Below, one piece after another: positions 28,998-38,620 of a DNA stretch of 64,000 nt; the stretch's first letter is position 1, and each line of letters begins with the position of its first letter. A model generated the notes under the pieces. That model ran no database searches. It was not told the origin of the DNA and saw nothing but the letters and a program-made list of their open reading frames with translations. Origin of the DNA: an uncultured Acidimicrobiales bacterium (GTDB lineage Bacteria; Actinomycetota; Acidimicrobiia; Acidimicrobiales; SZUA-35); contig CAVRSZ010000001.1 in assembly GCA_963723995.1 (NCBI GenBank), positions 1,307,573 through 1,371,572 on the forward strand. Reading direction: 5' to 3'. A program made the translations under genes and the position numbers.

Positions 28998-31742
28998 ATG
29001 TCCACGAAGTGGTTGTATTCCTTCGACGAGATTGACGAGGCTCAATCCCGAGTGGGGGGTGACTGGGAAGCGGTCCGAGGTCTCCTTGGCGGCAAGGGAG
29101 CGAATCTCGGAGACATGACCCGGCTGGGGATACCGGTCCCGCCGGGGTTCGTCATCACCACCGAAGCCTGCAACGCCTATACCGATTCCGACGGCAAAAT
29201 GCCCGACGGCCTGTGGGACCAGGTCATGGAGGCCATGGGCCACCTGGAGGAACAAACCGGCAAACGCTTCGGCGACCCGGCGAACCCGTTGCTGGTGGCC
29301 TGCCGCTCGGGAGCCAAGTTCTCCATGCCGGGAATGATGGACACCGTGCTCGACATCGGCCTCAACGACGAAGTGGCCGACGGCATGATCAAGGCCACCG
29401 GCGACGAACGCTTCGTGCTCGACTCCTATCGGCGCCTGATCCAGATGTTCGGTGGAGTCGTGCTGGGCGTGGCCGACGAGGCCTTCGAGGCAGTACTCAA
29501 GGCCAAGCGGGACCAGGCCCACGTCGCCACCGACGCCGAGCTTGGCCCCGACGACCTGCGGGGCGTGATCGACTCGTTCAAGACGGTCGTCGCCCGGCAG
29601 GCGGCCGAGCCCTTCCCGATGGAGCCATCGGAACAGCTCCGACTGGCAGTGCAGGCCGTGTTCGAGAGCTGGCGGGGCAAGCGGGCCCACGACTACCGGG
29701 TGGCGGCCGGCATTGCCCACGACCTGGGCACCGCGGTCAACGTGGTGACCATGGTGTTCGGCAACATGGGCGACGGTTGTGCCACCGGTGTGGCCATGAG
29801 CCGTGACGCCACCACCGGTGAGAACCACCTCGAGGGCGACTACCTGCTCAACGCCCAGGGTGAGGACGTGGTGGCCGGTATCAGGGAGACCAAGAACATC
29901 GCCGACCTGAGCCAGGACATGCCCGATGTGGCGGAACAGTTCGCCCAGATCGCCAAACGGCTGGAGAACCACTACCGCGACATGCAGGATATGGAGTTCA
30001 CGGTTGAGCGGGACAAGCTGTGGCTGCTGCAGACCCGCACCGGCAAGCGCACCGCCCAGGCCGCAGTCCGCATCGCCGTCGAGTTGGCCGACGAAGGCCT
30101 GATCACCCGAGAGGAGGCGGTGCAGCGGGTCACCCCGGAACAGATCGACTTCTTCCTCCACCCCCAATTCGCCTCCCAAGCCCTCGATGCCGCCAGCGCG
30201 CTGACGTCGGGCCTCAATGTGTCCCCCGGCGCCGCCGTCGGTGTGGTCGCCTTCGATGCCGACCTGGCCGAACGGTGGGCCAAGGAAGGACGCCAGGTCC
30301 TTCTCGTCCGGCCCGAGACCAAACCCGACGACGTGCACGGCATGCTGGCGGCCGAGGGCATCCTGACCTCCAGCGGCGGCCGAACAAGCCACGCCGCTCT
30401 GGTCGCTCGGCAGTTCGGCAAGCCGGCCGTGGTCGGAGCCAGCGCGATCGATATCGACCTGTCGGCCCGCCGACTCTCGGTCGGTGGGACCGAGATCAAG
30501 GAGGGCGATTGGATCTCGGTCGACGGAACGACGGGGAAGGTCTATCTGGGCCAGATCGAGACCCAGGACCCCGATATCGACAACGAATGGCTGACCCGCC
30601 TGTTGGAGTGGGCCGACGAGTTCCGGACGCTGGGGGTTCGAGCCAACGCCGACGATCCGGTGGAGGCCGAGCGGGCCCGACGATACGGGGCGGCCGGAAT
30701 CGGGCTGTGCCGTACCGAGCACATGTTCTTCGCCACCGATCGGCTGCCCATCATGCAGCGGATGATCACCTCCCCGACTGCGGCCGAGCAGCGGGAGGCC
30801 ATCGCCGCCCTGTTGCCCATGCAGCGCGAGGACTTCCTCGGACTGTTCCGGGCCATGGAGGGCTACCCGGTCATCATCCGCCTGCTCGACCCGCCGCTCC
30901 ACGAATTCCTACCCAGCTATGAAGAGCTGACCAAGGAGCGGGCCGACCTGCGAATCCGATTGCTCCGAGCCAAGGATCTGGCCGAGCTCGACAGTTTGGT
31001 CGACCAGCTGTCGGAGGTCAAGGTCATGCGGGAGCGGGTTGACGATCTGCGGGAGACGAACCCCATGCTCGGTCTCCGGGGTGTCCGGCTCGGCCTCAAG
31101 ATCAAGGACCTGATCCGTATGCAGACCCGGGCCATCACCGAAGCCGCACTCGATGCGACGGCCGAGGGCCATGATGTCCACGCCGAGATCATGGTGCCCC
31201 TGGTCAGTCACGCCACCGAGATGGAGGCCGCCCGCGCCCTGATCGAGGGGGAGATGGCCAAGGTGTTCGCCGAACGGCATATCACCGCCGACGAGGCGAT
31301 CGAGATACCCATCGGAACCATGATCGAGGTGCCCCGAGCGGCACTGACGGCAAGCGAGATCGCCGAGCACGTGGACTTCTTCTCCTTCGGCACCAACGAC
31401 CTGACCCAGATGACCATGGCCATCAGCCGTGACGATGCCGAGGCCAGCTTCCTTCTCGCCTATCTGGCCGACAAGGTCATCGACGACAACCCGTTCCGCA
31501 CCATCGACGAGAGCGGCGTCGGGCGGCTGATGGAGCTGGCGGCAAAGGAAGGTCGAGCCACCAAACCCGATCTCCAGATCGGCATCTGCGGCGAACATGG
31601 AGGCGAGCCGGCGTCCATCGCACTCTGTCAGAAGTACGGGTTGGACTACGTGAGCTGCTCGGCCTATCGGGTCCCGGTCGCTCGCCTGGCCGCGGCCCAC
31701 GCCGCCCTGGCTCAGCGCGCCGCCGAGTCATCGGCCGAGTGA
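28998..31742 (+). CDS. ppdK: Pyruvate, phosphate dikinase
   Basis: LLGGKGANL, SMPGMMDTVL, phospho-His in GGRTSHAA, GLCRTEHMFF, FSFGTNDLTQ, GICGEHGG. Confidence 0.97.
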   Translation: MSTKWLYSFDEIDEAQSRVGGDWEAVRGLLGGKGANLGDMTRLGIPVPPGFVITTEACNAYTDSDGKMPDGLWDQVMEAMGHLEEQTGKRFGDPANPLLVACRSGAKFSMPGMMDTVLDIGLNDEVADGMIKATGDERFVLDSYRRLIQMFGGVVLGVADEAFEAVLKAKRDQAHVATDAELGPDDLRGVIDSFKTVVARQAAEPFPMEPSEQLRLAVQAVFESWRGKRAHDYRVAAGIAHDLGTAVNVVTMVFGNMGDGCATGVAMSRDATTGENHLEGDYLLNAQGEDVVAGIRETKNIADLSQDMPDVAEQFAQIAKRLENHYRDMQDMEFTVERDKLWLLQTRTGKRTAQAAVRIAVELADEGLITREEAVQRVTPEQIDFFLHPQFASQALDAASALTSGLNVSPGAAVGVVAFDADLAERWAKEGRQVLLVRPETKPDDVHGMLAAEGILTSSGGRTSHAALVARQFGKPAVVGASAIDIDLSARRLSVGGTEIKEGDWISVDGTTGKVYLGQIETQDPDIDNEWLTRLLEWADEFRTLGVRANADDPVEAERARRYGAAGIGLCRTEHMFFATDRLPIMQRMITSPTAAEQREAIAALLPMQREDFLGLFRAMEGYPVIIRLLDPPLHEFLPSYEELTKERADLRIRLLRAKDLAELDSLVDQLSEVKVMRERVDDLRETNPMLGLRGVRLGLKIKDLIRMQTRAITEAALDATAEGHDVHAEIMVPLVSHATEMEAARALIEGEMAKVFAERHITADEAIEIPIGTMIEVPRAALTASEIAEHVDFFSFGTNDLTQMTMAISRDDAEASFLLAYLADKVIDDNPFRTIDESGVGRLMELAAKEGRATKPDLQIGICGEHGGEPASIALCQKYGLDYVSCSAYRVPVARLAAAHAALAQRAAESSAE

Positions 31743-31763
31743 GGCAACTCTCCTACGCTCCTC

Positions 31764-31799
31764 TCACCGTTTCGCGGCGTCCGCGCCGTGAAGCGGTGA
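31764..31799. terminator. Hairpin between convergent genes, probable terminator
   Basis: TCACCGTTTCGCGGCG-TCCG-CGCCGTGAAGCGGTGA stem with G-T pairs. Confidence 0.55.
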
Positions 31800-31855
31800 T
31801 GGGAAGCGGTGCGGGGGGGAGGCGCCGCGGGGAGGCAGTGACTCGGGGGGGTCGG

Positions 31856-32293
31856 TCAGCGCAGCACGCGACCGGAAATGAGCGACGGCTCGATTCGGAC
31901 CCAGATAGGCCGCCATTCCGCCTTGGCCCAGGGCACCAACCCGATCTGGTCGAGTTGGGCCTCCTCGGCCCAGTTGGTCACCTCCCGAGCAACGCCCTGC
32001 ACGATGACACTCCATCCCGACCGGGATTGGGCGTCCCACTGGTCGACCTCGAAGCAGACCTTCTGCTCGTTCGCTGCGGCCGCCAGCTTCTGGCCGTCGA
32101 GGGTTCGGAACACGATGCTGTTCTCGTACCACTTGAAGTTGACGGGCAAGGCCAGGATCTCATCGTCGACAATGAACGCCACCCGACCGATGGGCGTCGA
32201 CTCGAGCAATTCGATGCACCCTTCGTCATCGATGACACCCATCTTCGAGACGATGTCGATGGCTACCGGCTCCGGGTCGCTGGGGGAGGTCAT
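31856..32293 (-). CDS. Pyridoxamine 5'-phosphate oxidase-like (split barrel) protein
   Basis: IGRVAF, LPVNF, IVFRT, VCFEVD, GWSVIVQG, ISGR. Confidence 0.88.
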   Translation of the reverse strand: MTSPSDPEPVAIDIVSKMGVIDDEGCIELLESTPIGRVAFIVDDEILALPVNFKWYENSIVFRTLDGQKLAAAANEQKVCFEVDQWDAQSRSGWSVIVQGVAREVTNWAEEAQLDQIGLVPWAKAEWRPIWVRIEPSLISGRVLR

Positions 32294-32440
32294 TGCCACG
32301 TCCTTTCCTGGACCACGTTCTGCAACGCCGCCATCCTAACGCTGCCATCGGGGCTAGCTGCAACCAGCCGCATTCCCCCACTAACCGCAATCGCCACCAC
32401 TATCCGCAAGAGATCAAACACGTAATGAGAAGGGACAGGC

Positions 32441-35400
32441 ATGTCAGAAGCAGGCTCTGAACCGGGCTCACCGATGTCCTCGGTGACCATCGACGGGAAC
32501 GAGGCGGCGGCCCGCATCGCCCACCGGGTGTCGGAAGTAATCGCCATCTACCCCATCACGCCGGCCTCCCCCATGGGCGAGCTGGCCGACGCCTGGTCCC
32601 AGGCCGGGCAGGCCAACCTGTGGGGTTCGGTTCCCGAGGTGGTGGAGATGCAGAGTGAAGCCGGTGCCGCCGGTACCGTCCACGGTGGGCTGCAGGCCGG
32701 AGCCATGACCACCACCTTCACCGCCTCCCAGGGCCTGTTGCTGATGATCCCCAACCTGTACAAGATCGCCGGTGAGTTGCTGCCGGCGGTTGTTCACGTG
32801 GCCGCCCGGTCGGTGGCCACCCACGCCCTCAGCATCTTCGGCGATCACAGCGATGTCATGGCCTGCCGCCAGACGGGTATGGCCCTGCTGGCCTCGGGCT
32901 CGGTTCAGGAGGCCCAGGATCTGGCCATGGTGGCCCATGCCGCAACCCTCCGATCCCGGGTACCGTTCCTTCACTTCTTCGACGGCTTCCGTACCAGCCA
33001 CGAGGTGGCCAAGATCTCGGTCATCAATGACGAGACCATGCGAGCCATGATCGACGAGGAGCTGGTGGTGGCCCACCGCCTGCGGGCTCTGGACTCCGAC
33101 GCGCCCGTCATCCGGGGCACGGCCCAGAACCCCGATGTCTTCTTCCAGGCCAGGGAGGCGGCCAACCTCTACCACCTGGCCGTGCCCGATCTGGTCACGC
33201 AGGAGATGGATCGGCTGGCGGAACTGACCGGGCGCCGGTACCGGCTCTTCGACTACCACGGCCATCCCGAGGCGGAACGGGTCATCGTGGCCATGGGCTC
33301 GGGCTGCGGCACCATCGCCGAAGCCGTCGACGCCCTCGTGGCCGATGGCCATCGGGTCGGCCTGATCACCGTCCGCCTCTACCGCCCGTTCGACGTGTCG
33401 GCCCTTGTGTCGGCCCTTCCCCCCACCACACGGAAGGTGGCGGTTCTGGATCGAACCAAGGAACCGGGAGCCCCTGGCGAACCCCTGTATCTCGATGTCG
33501 TGACGGCGCTCACCCAGCAGTGGCCGGGCACCCCTCCGCGGGTGGTCGGCGGCCGCTATGGACTGTCGTCCAAGGAGTTCACCCCGTCGATGGCGGTCAG
33601 GGTGTTCGAACATGTCGACCAGGACGATCCGGCCCGGGAGTTCACCGTCGGCATCTTCGACGATGTCACCCATCTCAGCCTGCCCCAACCCGAGGAGTGG
33701 CACGAGCCGGACTCGGTCAACCGGGCCGTCTTCTACGGCCTGGGCAGCGACGGTACGGTCGGAGCCAACAAGAACACGGTGAAGATCGTGGGTGAGCATA
33801 CCGACCTTCACGCCCAGGGCTACTTCGAGTACGACTCCAAGAAGTCGGGCTCGACCACGATCTCCCACCTTCGGTTCTCGCCCCGACCCATCGGCTCGGC
33901 CTACCTGATCAACCATGCCGACTTCGTCGGCGTGCACTACTTCGGAGCCTTCGAACGGTACAACGTGCTCGATGTGGCCCGGCCCGGGGCCACGGTGTTG
34001 ATCAACTCCCCCCACTCACCCGGCGATACCTGGGACCACCTGCCGATGGAGACCCAGCAGGCCATTGTCGACAAGAACCTCGAGGTTTGGGTGGTCGACG
34101 CCAGCCGGGTGGCCAGGGAGAACGAACTCGGTGGCCGGGTCAACACCGTGCTGCAAACGTGCCATTTCCATCTGTCCGGCCTGCTGCCACCGGAGGAAGC
34201 GGTGGAGGCCATCAAGACGTCGATCGCCAAGACCTACGGTCGACGGGGGACCATGGTGCTCAAGCGCAACTACGCTGCCGTGGACGGCGCAGTGGCCGCC
34301 CTGGAACGCATGCCGGTACCGGCATCGGTGACCGCCACCCGGTCCCGGCCCCCCATCATCTCCGATGCCGCTCCCGACTTCGTGCAACGGGTGACGGCCA
34401 GGATGATGGCGGGCGAGGGCGACCTGCTGCCGGTGAGCGCGCTGCCGGTCGACGGCACCTTCCCCACCGCCACCACCCAGTGGGAGAAGCGGGCCATTGC
34501 CGCCGAGATACCCATCTGGGAGCCTGATATCTGCATCGATTGCGCCCGCTGCGCCCTGGTCTGTCCTCACGCCGCCATCCGGCTGAAGGTGGTGCCCGAC
34601 ACCGAACTGGGCGGCGACGGGCAGACGCCGCCTGACAGCTTCAAGCACAAACACTGGAAGGACCGGGAGGCCGAAGCCGCCGGCATCGAGACCCGGCTCA
34701 TCGTGCAGGTCGCCCCCGACGATTGCACAGGCTGCGGGGTCTGCGTCAGCATCTGCCCGGCCAAGAGCAAGGAGGAGGTCAAGCACAAGGCCATCAACAT
34801 GATGCCGATGGCCGAGCACGCTCCGGCCGAGCGGGTCAACTACGACTACTTCCTCGACCTGCCGGAATACGACCGGACCAAGCTGCGGCTCAACACGGTC
34901 AAAGGCTCGCAGTTGGCCCAGCCCCTGTTCGAGTACTCCGGGGCCTGCTCGGGCTGCGGCGAGACCCCGTACCTGAAGTTGCTGTCGCAAATGATGGGTG
35001 ACCGGCTGATCATCGCCAACGCCACCGGCTGCTCGTCGATCTACGGTGGCAACCTGCCGACCACACCGTGGGCGGTGGACAACCACGGCCGGGGTCCGGC
35101 CTGGGCCAACTCGCTATTCGAGGACAACGCCGAGTTCGGCCTCGGTATCCGGCTCGGGGTCGACTCCCACGAGGCGGCGGCCCGCCACCTGGTTGGCGAG
35201 CTGGCGGCCGAGCTGGGAGACCTCGCCACCGAGCTGCTGGACAACGCCCAGGATTCGGAGGAGGCGATCGCAACCCAGCGGGCCAATGTCCAACGACTCG
35301 ATGAGTGGCTGGAGGCCAACCCCGGTCCGGCCGCCGGTCGCCTGAAGTCGCTCAGCCATTACCTGGTCCGCCGTTCGGTGTGGCTTGTCGGTGGCGACGG

Positions 35401-36136
35401 TTGGGCCTACGACATCGGTTTCGGCGGGGTTGATCATGTGCTGGCCTCGGGCCGGGACGTGAACATCTTGGTGCTCGACACCGAGGTCTACTCCAACACC
35501 GGTGGCCAGACCTCCAAGGCAACCCCGAGGGCCGCCATCGCCAAGTTCTCGGCCGGGGGCAAGGCCACGGCCAAGAAGGACATCGGCATGATCGCCATGG
35601 CCTACGGCGATGTCTATGTGGCCCACATCGCCATGGGGGCCAACATGACCCAGACGGTCAAGGCCTTCGACGAGGCGGCGGCCCACCCCGGGCCGTCCAT
35701 GATCATCGCCTACAGCCCGTGCATCGCCCACGGTATCGACATGAGTGACATGATGGGTCATCAGAAGATGGCGGCCGACAGTGGCTACTGGCCCCTGTAC
35801 CGGTTCGATCCCCGCCGGGAGGCCGAGGGCGACCACGCACTGGTCCTCGACAGTCGCAAGCCGACCATTCCGTTCAAGGACTTTGCCATGACCGAGGCCC
35901 GGTTCTCCATGCTGACCAGAACGAATCCCGCGGTGGCCGACGAGCTCATGGCATTGGCCCAGCGAGACATCGACGATCGGTGGCATCTCTACGAGCAGAT
36001 GGTGGAGGTGGAACGAACCGCCCGGTTCGGACTGGTCGACGACGAGGACGAACCCCATGACGAGCCGGCGACCAAACCGACAACCGCTCCGGACGGCAAA
36101 CCAGCGGGCGAAACCACAGCGGAGGCACGGCAATGA
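32441..36136 (+). CDS. nifJ: Pyruvate:ferredoxin (flavodoxin) oxidoreductase
   Basis: AIYPITP, EMQSEAGAAG, DGFRTSHE, two ferredoxin motifs (CIDCARC, CTGCGVC), GACSGCGETPY, GGDGWAYDIG, VYSNTGGQ. Confidence 0.97.
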   Translation: MSEAGSEPGSPMSSVTIDGNEAAARIAHRVSEVIAIYPITPASPMGELADAWSQAGQANLWGSVPEVVEMQSEAGAAGTVHGGLQAGAMTTTFTASQGLLLMIPNLYKIAGELLPAVVHVAARSVATHALSIFGDHSDVMACRQTGMALLASGSVQEAQDLAMVAHAATLRSRVPFLHFFDGFRTSHEVAKISVINDETMRAMIDEELVVAHRLRALDSDAPVIRGTAQNPDVFFQAREAANLYHLAVPDLVTQEMDRLAELTGRRYRLFDYHGHPEAERVIVAMGSGCGTIAEAVDALVADGHRVGLITVRLYRPFDVSALVSALPPTTRKVAVLDRTKEPGAPGEPLYLDVVTALTQQWPGTPPRVVGGRYGLSSKEFTPSMAVRVFEHVDQDDPAREFTVGIFDDVTHLSLPQPEEWHEPDSVNRAVFYGLGSDGTVGANKNTVKIVGEHTDLHAQGYFEYDSKKSGSTTISHLRFSPRPIGSAYLINHADFVGVHYFGAFERYNVLDVARPGATVLINSPHSPGDTWDHLPMETQQAIVDKNLEVWVVDASRVARENELGGRVNTVLQTCHFHLSGLLPPEEAVEAIKTSIAKTYGRRGTMVLKRNYAAVDGAVAALERMPVPASVTATRSRPPIISDAAPDFVQRVTARMMAGEGDLLPVSALPVDGTFPTATTQWEKRAIAAEIPIWEPDICIDCARCALVCPHAAIRLKVVPDTELGGDGQTPPDSFKHKHWKDREAEAAGIETRLIVQVAPDDCTGCGVCVSICPAKSKEEVKHKAINMMPMAEHAPAERVNYDYFLDLPEYDRTKLRLNTVKGSQLAQPLFEYSGACSGCGETPYLKLLSQMMGDRLIIANATGCSSIYGGNLPTTPWAVDNHGRGPAWANSLFEDNAEFGLGIRLGVDSHEAAARHLVGELAAELGDLATELLDNAQDSEEAIATQRANVQRLDEWLEANPGPAAGRLKSLSHYLVRRSVWLVGGDGWAYDIGFGGVDHVLASGRDVNILVLDTEVYSNTGGQTSKATPRAAIAKFSAGGKATAKKDIGMIAMAYGDVYVAHIAMGANMTQTVKAFDEAAAHPGPSMIIAYSPCIAHGIDMSDMMGHQKMAADSGYWPLYRFDPRREAEGDHALVLDSRKPTIPFKDFAMTEARFSMLTRTNPAVADELMALAQRDIDDRWHLYEQMVEVERTARFGLVDDEDEPHDEPATKPTTAPDGKPAGETTAEARQ

Positions 36137-37188
36137 CCACAGAGCCGATGATGACGGACTCAACGGCCACCGGCCCGGAGAGCCGAACCGACCTCACCAC
36201 CACCTACCTGGGGCTGACCCTACCCCATCCCATCATGGCATCGTCGTCGCCGTTGACCGGCAACGTGGAGTCGCTGCTTGCCCTCCAGGAGGCCGGGGCG
36301 GCGGCCGTGGTCCTGCCCTCGCTGTTCGAGGAACAGGTGGAGCACGAGGCCATGGCTTACGGCACCCTGCTCGAGTCGGGAGCCGCCTTCAACCCCGAGG
36401 CCTACGACGGGTATTTCCCCGACCTCGACGACTACAACACCGGGGCCGAGGAGTATCTCGACCTGCTCAACGCAGCCAAACAGGAGCTGTCGATCCCGGT
36501 GATCGCCAGCCTCAACGGCACCTCGGAGGGAGGCTGGACCTACTACGCCTCGGAACTCGAGAACGAGGGGGCCGACGCGCTCGAGCTCAACATCTACCAT
36601 GTGGCCGCCGACCCCGACGAGACCTCGGCCCAGGTCGAGGACCGCTACCTCCGCCTTGTGGAGGAGGTCAAGACCGAGATCAATATCCCGCTGGCGGTCA
36701 AGATCGGACCGTTCTTCAGCTCTCCGGCCAACATGGCCCGTCGCCTGGCCTCGGCCGGAGCCGACGCCCTGGTGCTGTTCAACCGCTTCTACCAGCCCGA
36801 CATCAACCTCGAAACCCTCGACGTACTGCCTGATCTCGACCTGAGCACCCCCGCCGAAATGCGCCTGGTGCTGCGATGGATCGCCATCATGCATGGACGG
36901 GTTGACGCCGATCTCGCCGCCACCACCGGGGTGCACGACGGCCACGGGGCGGTGAAGCTGGTGCTGGCCGGGGCCAACGTGGCCATGATGACCTCAGCGC
37001 TGCTTCACCACGGTCCGGGTCACATCCGCACCGTGGTCAACGAGATGGAGCGGTGGTTCACGGAACGGGAGTATTCGTCGTTGGCCCAATCCAGGGGCAG
37101 CGTCAGCCAGGTGTCGGTCGCCGACCCCAGCACCTTTGAACGGGCCAATTACATGCGCACATTGACCTCCTACGATCATCACGGGTGA
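36133..37188 (+). CDS. Dihydroorotate dehydrogenase-like FMN protein
   Basis: TTYLGLTLPHPIMASSSPLT, PSLFEEQ, IPVIASLNG, LVLFNRFYQPDI, FERANY. ATGA overlap with nifJ. Confidence 0.9.
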   Translation: MTTEPMMTDSTATGPESRTDLTTTYLGLTLPHPIMASSSPLTGNVESLLALQEAGAAAVVLPSLFEEQVEHEAMAYGTLLESGAAFNPEAYDGYFPDLDDYNTGAEEYLDLLNAAKQELSIPVIASLNGTSEGGWTYYASELENEGADALELNIYHVAADPDETSAQVEDRYLRLVEEVKTEINIPLAVKIGPFFSSPANMARRLASAGADALVLFNRFYQPDINLETLDVLPDLDLSTPAEMRLVLRWIAIMHGRVDADLAATTGVHDGHGAVKLVLAGANVAMMTSALLHHGPGHIRTVVNEMERWFTEREYSSLAQSRGSVSQVSVADPSTFERANYMRTLTSYDHHG

Positions 37189-37360
37189 CCAGCCCGGTTC
37201 CGGCCACCACCGTCGTGGGCCGCAGCGGCGAGATCTCGACCGCCTGTCGGCTGTTGACGAATATCGCCGTTGCCACGCTGGGGTGTAGTGACCGACGTTC
37301 ACCGTGCCCCACCGGCCGGATCCAAGCATCTCCTTCCCGTCCCGGTTGCGACCTATCGCG

Positions 37361-37738
37361 ATGATCACCGTCTCCCGTCATATAGAGGCCCCGGCCGAGC
37401 AAGTGTGGACGCTCCTGGTCGAAACGCGGTACTGGCCGAAGTGGGGGGCCACCATTCTGGAGGTCGATGGTCCCGACCGGTTGGCCGTGGCCACGACCGG
37501 TCGGGTCAGGACCATCGTCGGCCCGTGGCTCGAGTTCGAGATCACCGAGTTCGACGAAGCGGAGATGTACTGGGGTTGGCGGGTGGCCGGTGTCCGGGCC
37601 ACCACCCACAAGGTCATCAGCCGTGGTCCCGGGGCCTGCACTGCGGTGTTCGGTGTGCCCCGGTGGGCTCCGCCCTATGCCGCCCCGGTGTGGCTCAGCC
37701 TGCGCCGACTGGAACGGTTGGCCTTCGAGTGGAACTGA
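37361..37738 (+). CDS. SRPBCC (START-like) family protein
   Basis: VSRHIEAPAEQVWTLL...WPKWG pattern. Confidence 0.75.
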   Translation: MITVSRHIEAPAEQVWTLLVETRYWPKWGATILEVDGPDRLAVATTGRVRTIVGPWLEFEITEFDEAEMYWGWRVAGVRATTHKVISRGPGACTAVFGVPRWAPPYAAPVWLSLRRLERLAFEWN

Positions 37739-37886
37739 GCCCTGGTGACGGCCGGTCCGGTCCATCCGCCAGACGGATCGACGAGACCGGCGGAATCCGG
37801 CGACGCCGGCGGCGGTTTGAATGGTGACGAGGTTGGTAACACCGCCTTCAGCCCTCCGACGTTCGCCCTCGAAGAAGGACAAGTTC

Positions 37887-38519
37887 ATGGCTTCCGACGC
37901 CACTGCCCCAAACGGTCAACCGCCGTTCTATGTCGACGGTGTTCCCCCTGAGTGGTCGGGGTTGAACCATCTCGCCTTGGTGACCACGGACATGGATCGA
38001 ACCGTGCGGTTCTGGCACGGCGTCATGGGAGCACCTCTAGTGGCCACCGTGGCCACCGACGCCTTTCGCCACTACTTCTTCGACGTTGGTGGCAGCTGCG
38101 TCGCCTTCTTCGAATACCACGGCCTCGATGCCGAGACCGTGGCCAAGCCGGCCGGTGTTCCTGACACCCGATTTTTCCAGTTCGACCACCTGTCGCTGAA
38201 CCTGCCCAACGAGGCTGCGATACAGGAGCTCAAGACTCGACTCGAGGCCTCGGGAACCGAGGTCACCGACGTGGTCGATCATGGATTTCTGCGCTCCATC
38301 TACTTCACCGATCCCAACGGTGTGGCCATGGAGGCATCCTGGTGGACCAGTGACCCCACTTCGGGCCGCAGCTCAACTCATCACTTCGCCGATTCCAATC
38401 CGGTGCCGGCGGTACAGGAGATCATCAGCGGCCGGCTGAAGCCCGTGGCCACATTGCTGGTGGACGGCCCGACCACCGATATCGGGGACATCTGGACCAC
38501 TGCCGGCGTGGATGCGTGA
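37887..38519 (+). CDS. VOC/glyoxalase family protein
   Basis: GLNHLAL, HYFFD, FDHLSL, SIYFTDPNGVAMEAS. Confidence 0.88.
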   Translation: MASDATAPNGQPPFYVDGVPPEWSGLNHLALVTTDMDRTVRFWHGVMGAPLVATVATDAFRHYFFDVGGSCVAFFEYHGLDAETVAKPAGVPDTRFFQFDHLSLNLPNEAAIQELKTRLEASGTEVTDVVDHGFLRSIYFTDPNGVAMEASWWTSDPTSGRSSTHHFADSNPVPAVQEIISGRLKPVATLLVDGPTTDIGDIWTTAGVDA

Positions 38520-38620
38520 GAAGATCTCGAGACTCGGCCCGGTTCCGGTAGACCATCGGCCGTCGGATCAACGCAGTCGGAGCCGAGGTCTCCCTTCGGT
38601 CGGCTCCCGCATCAGCCGGG

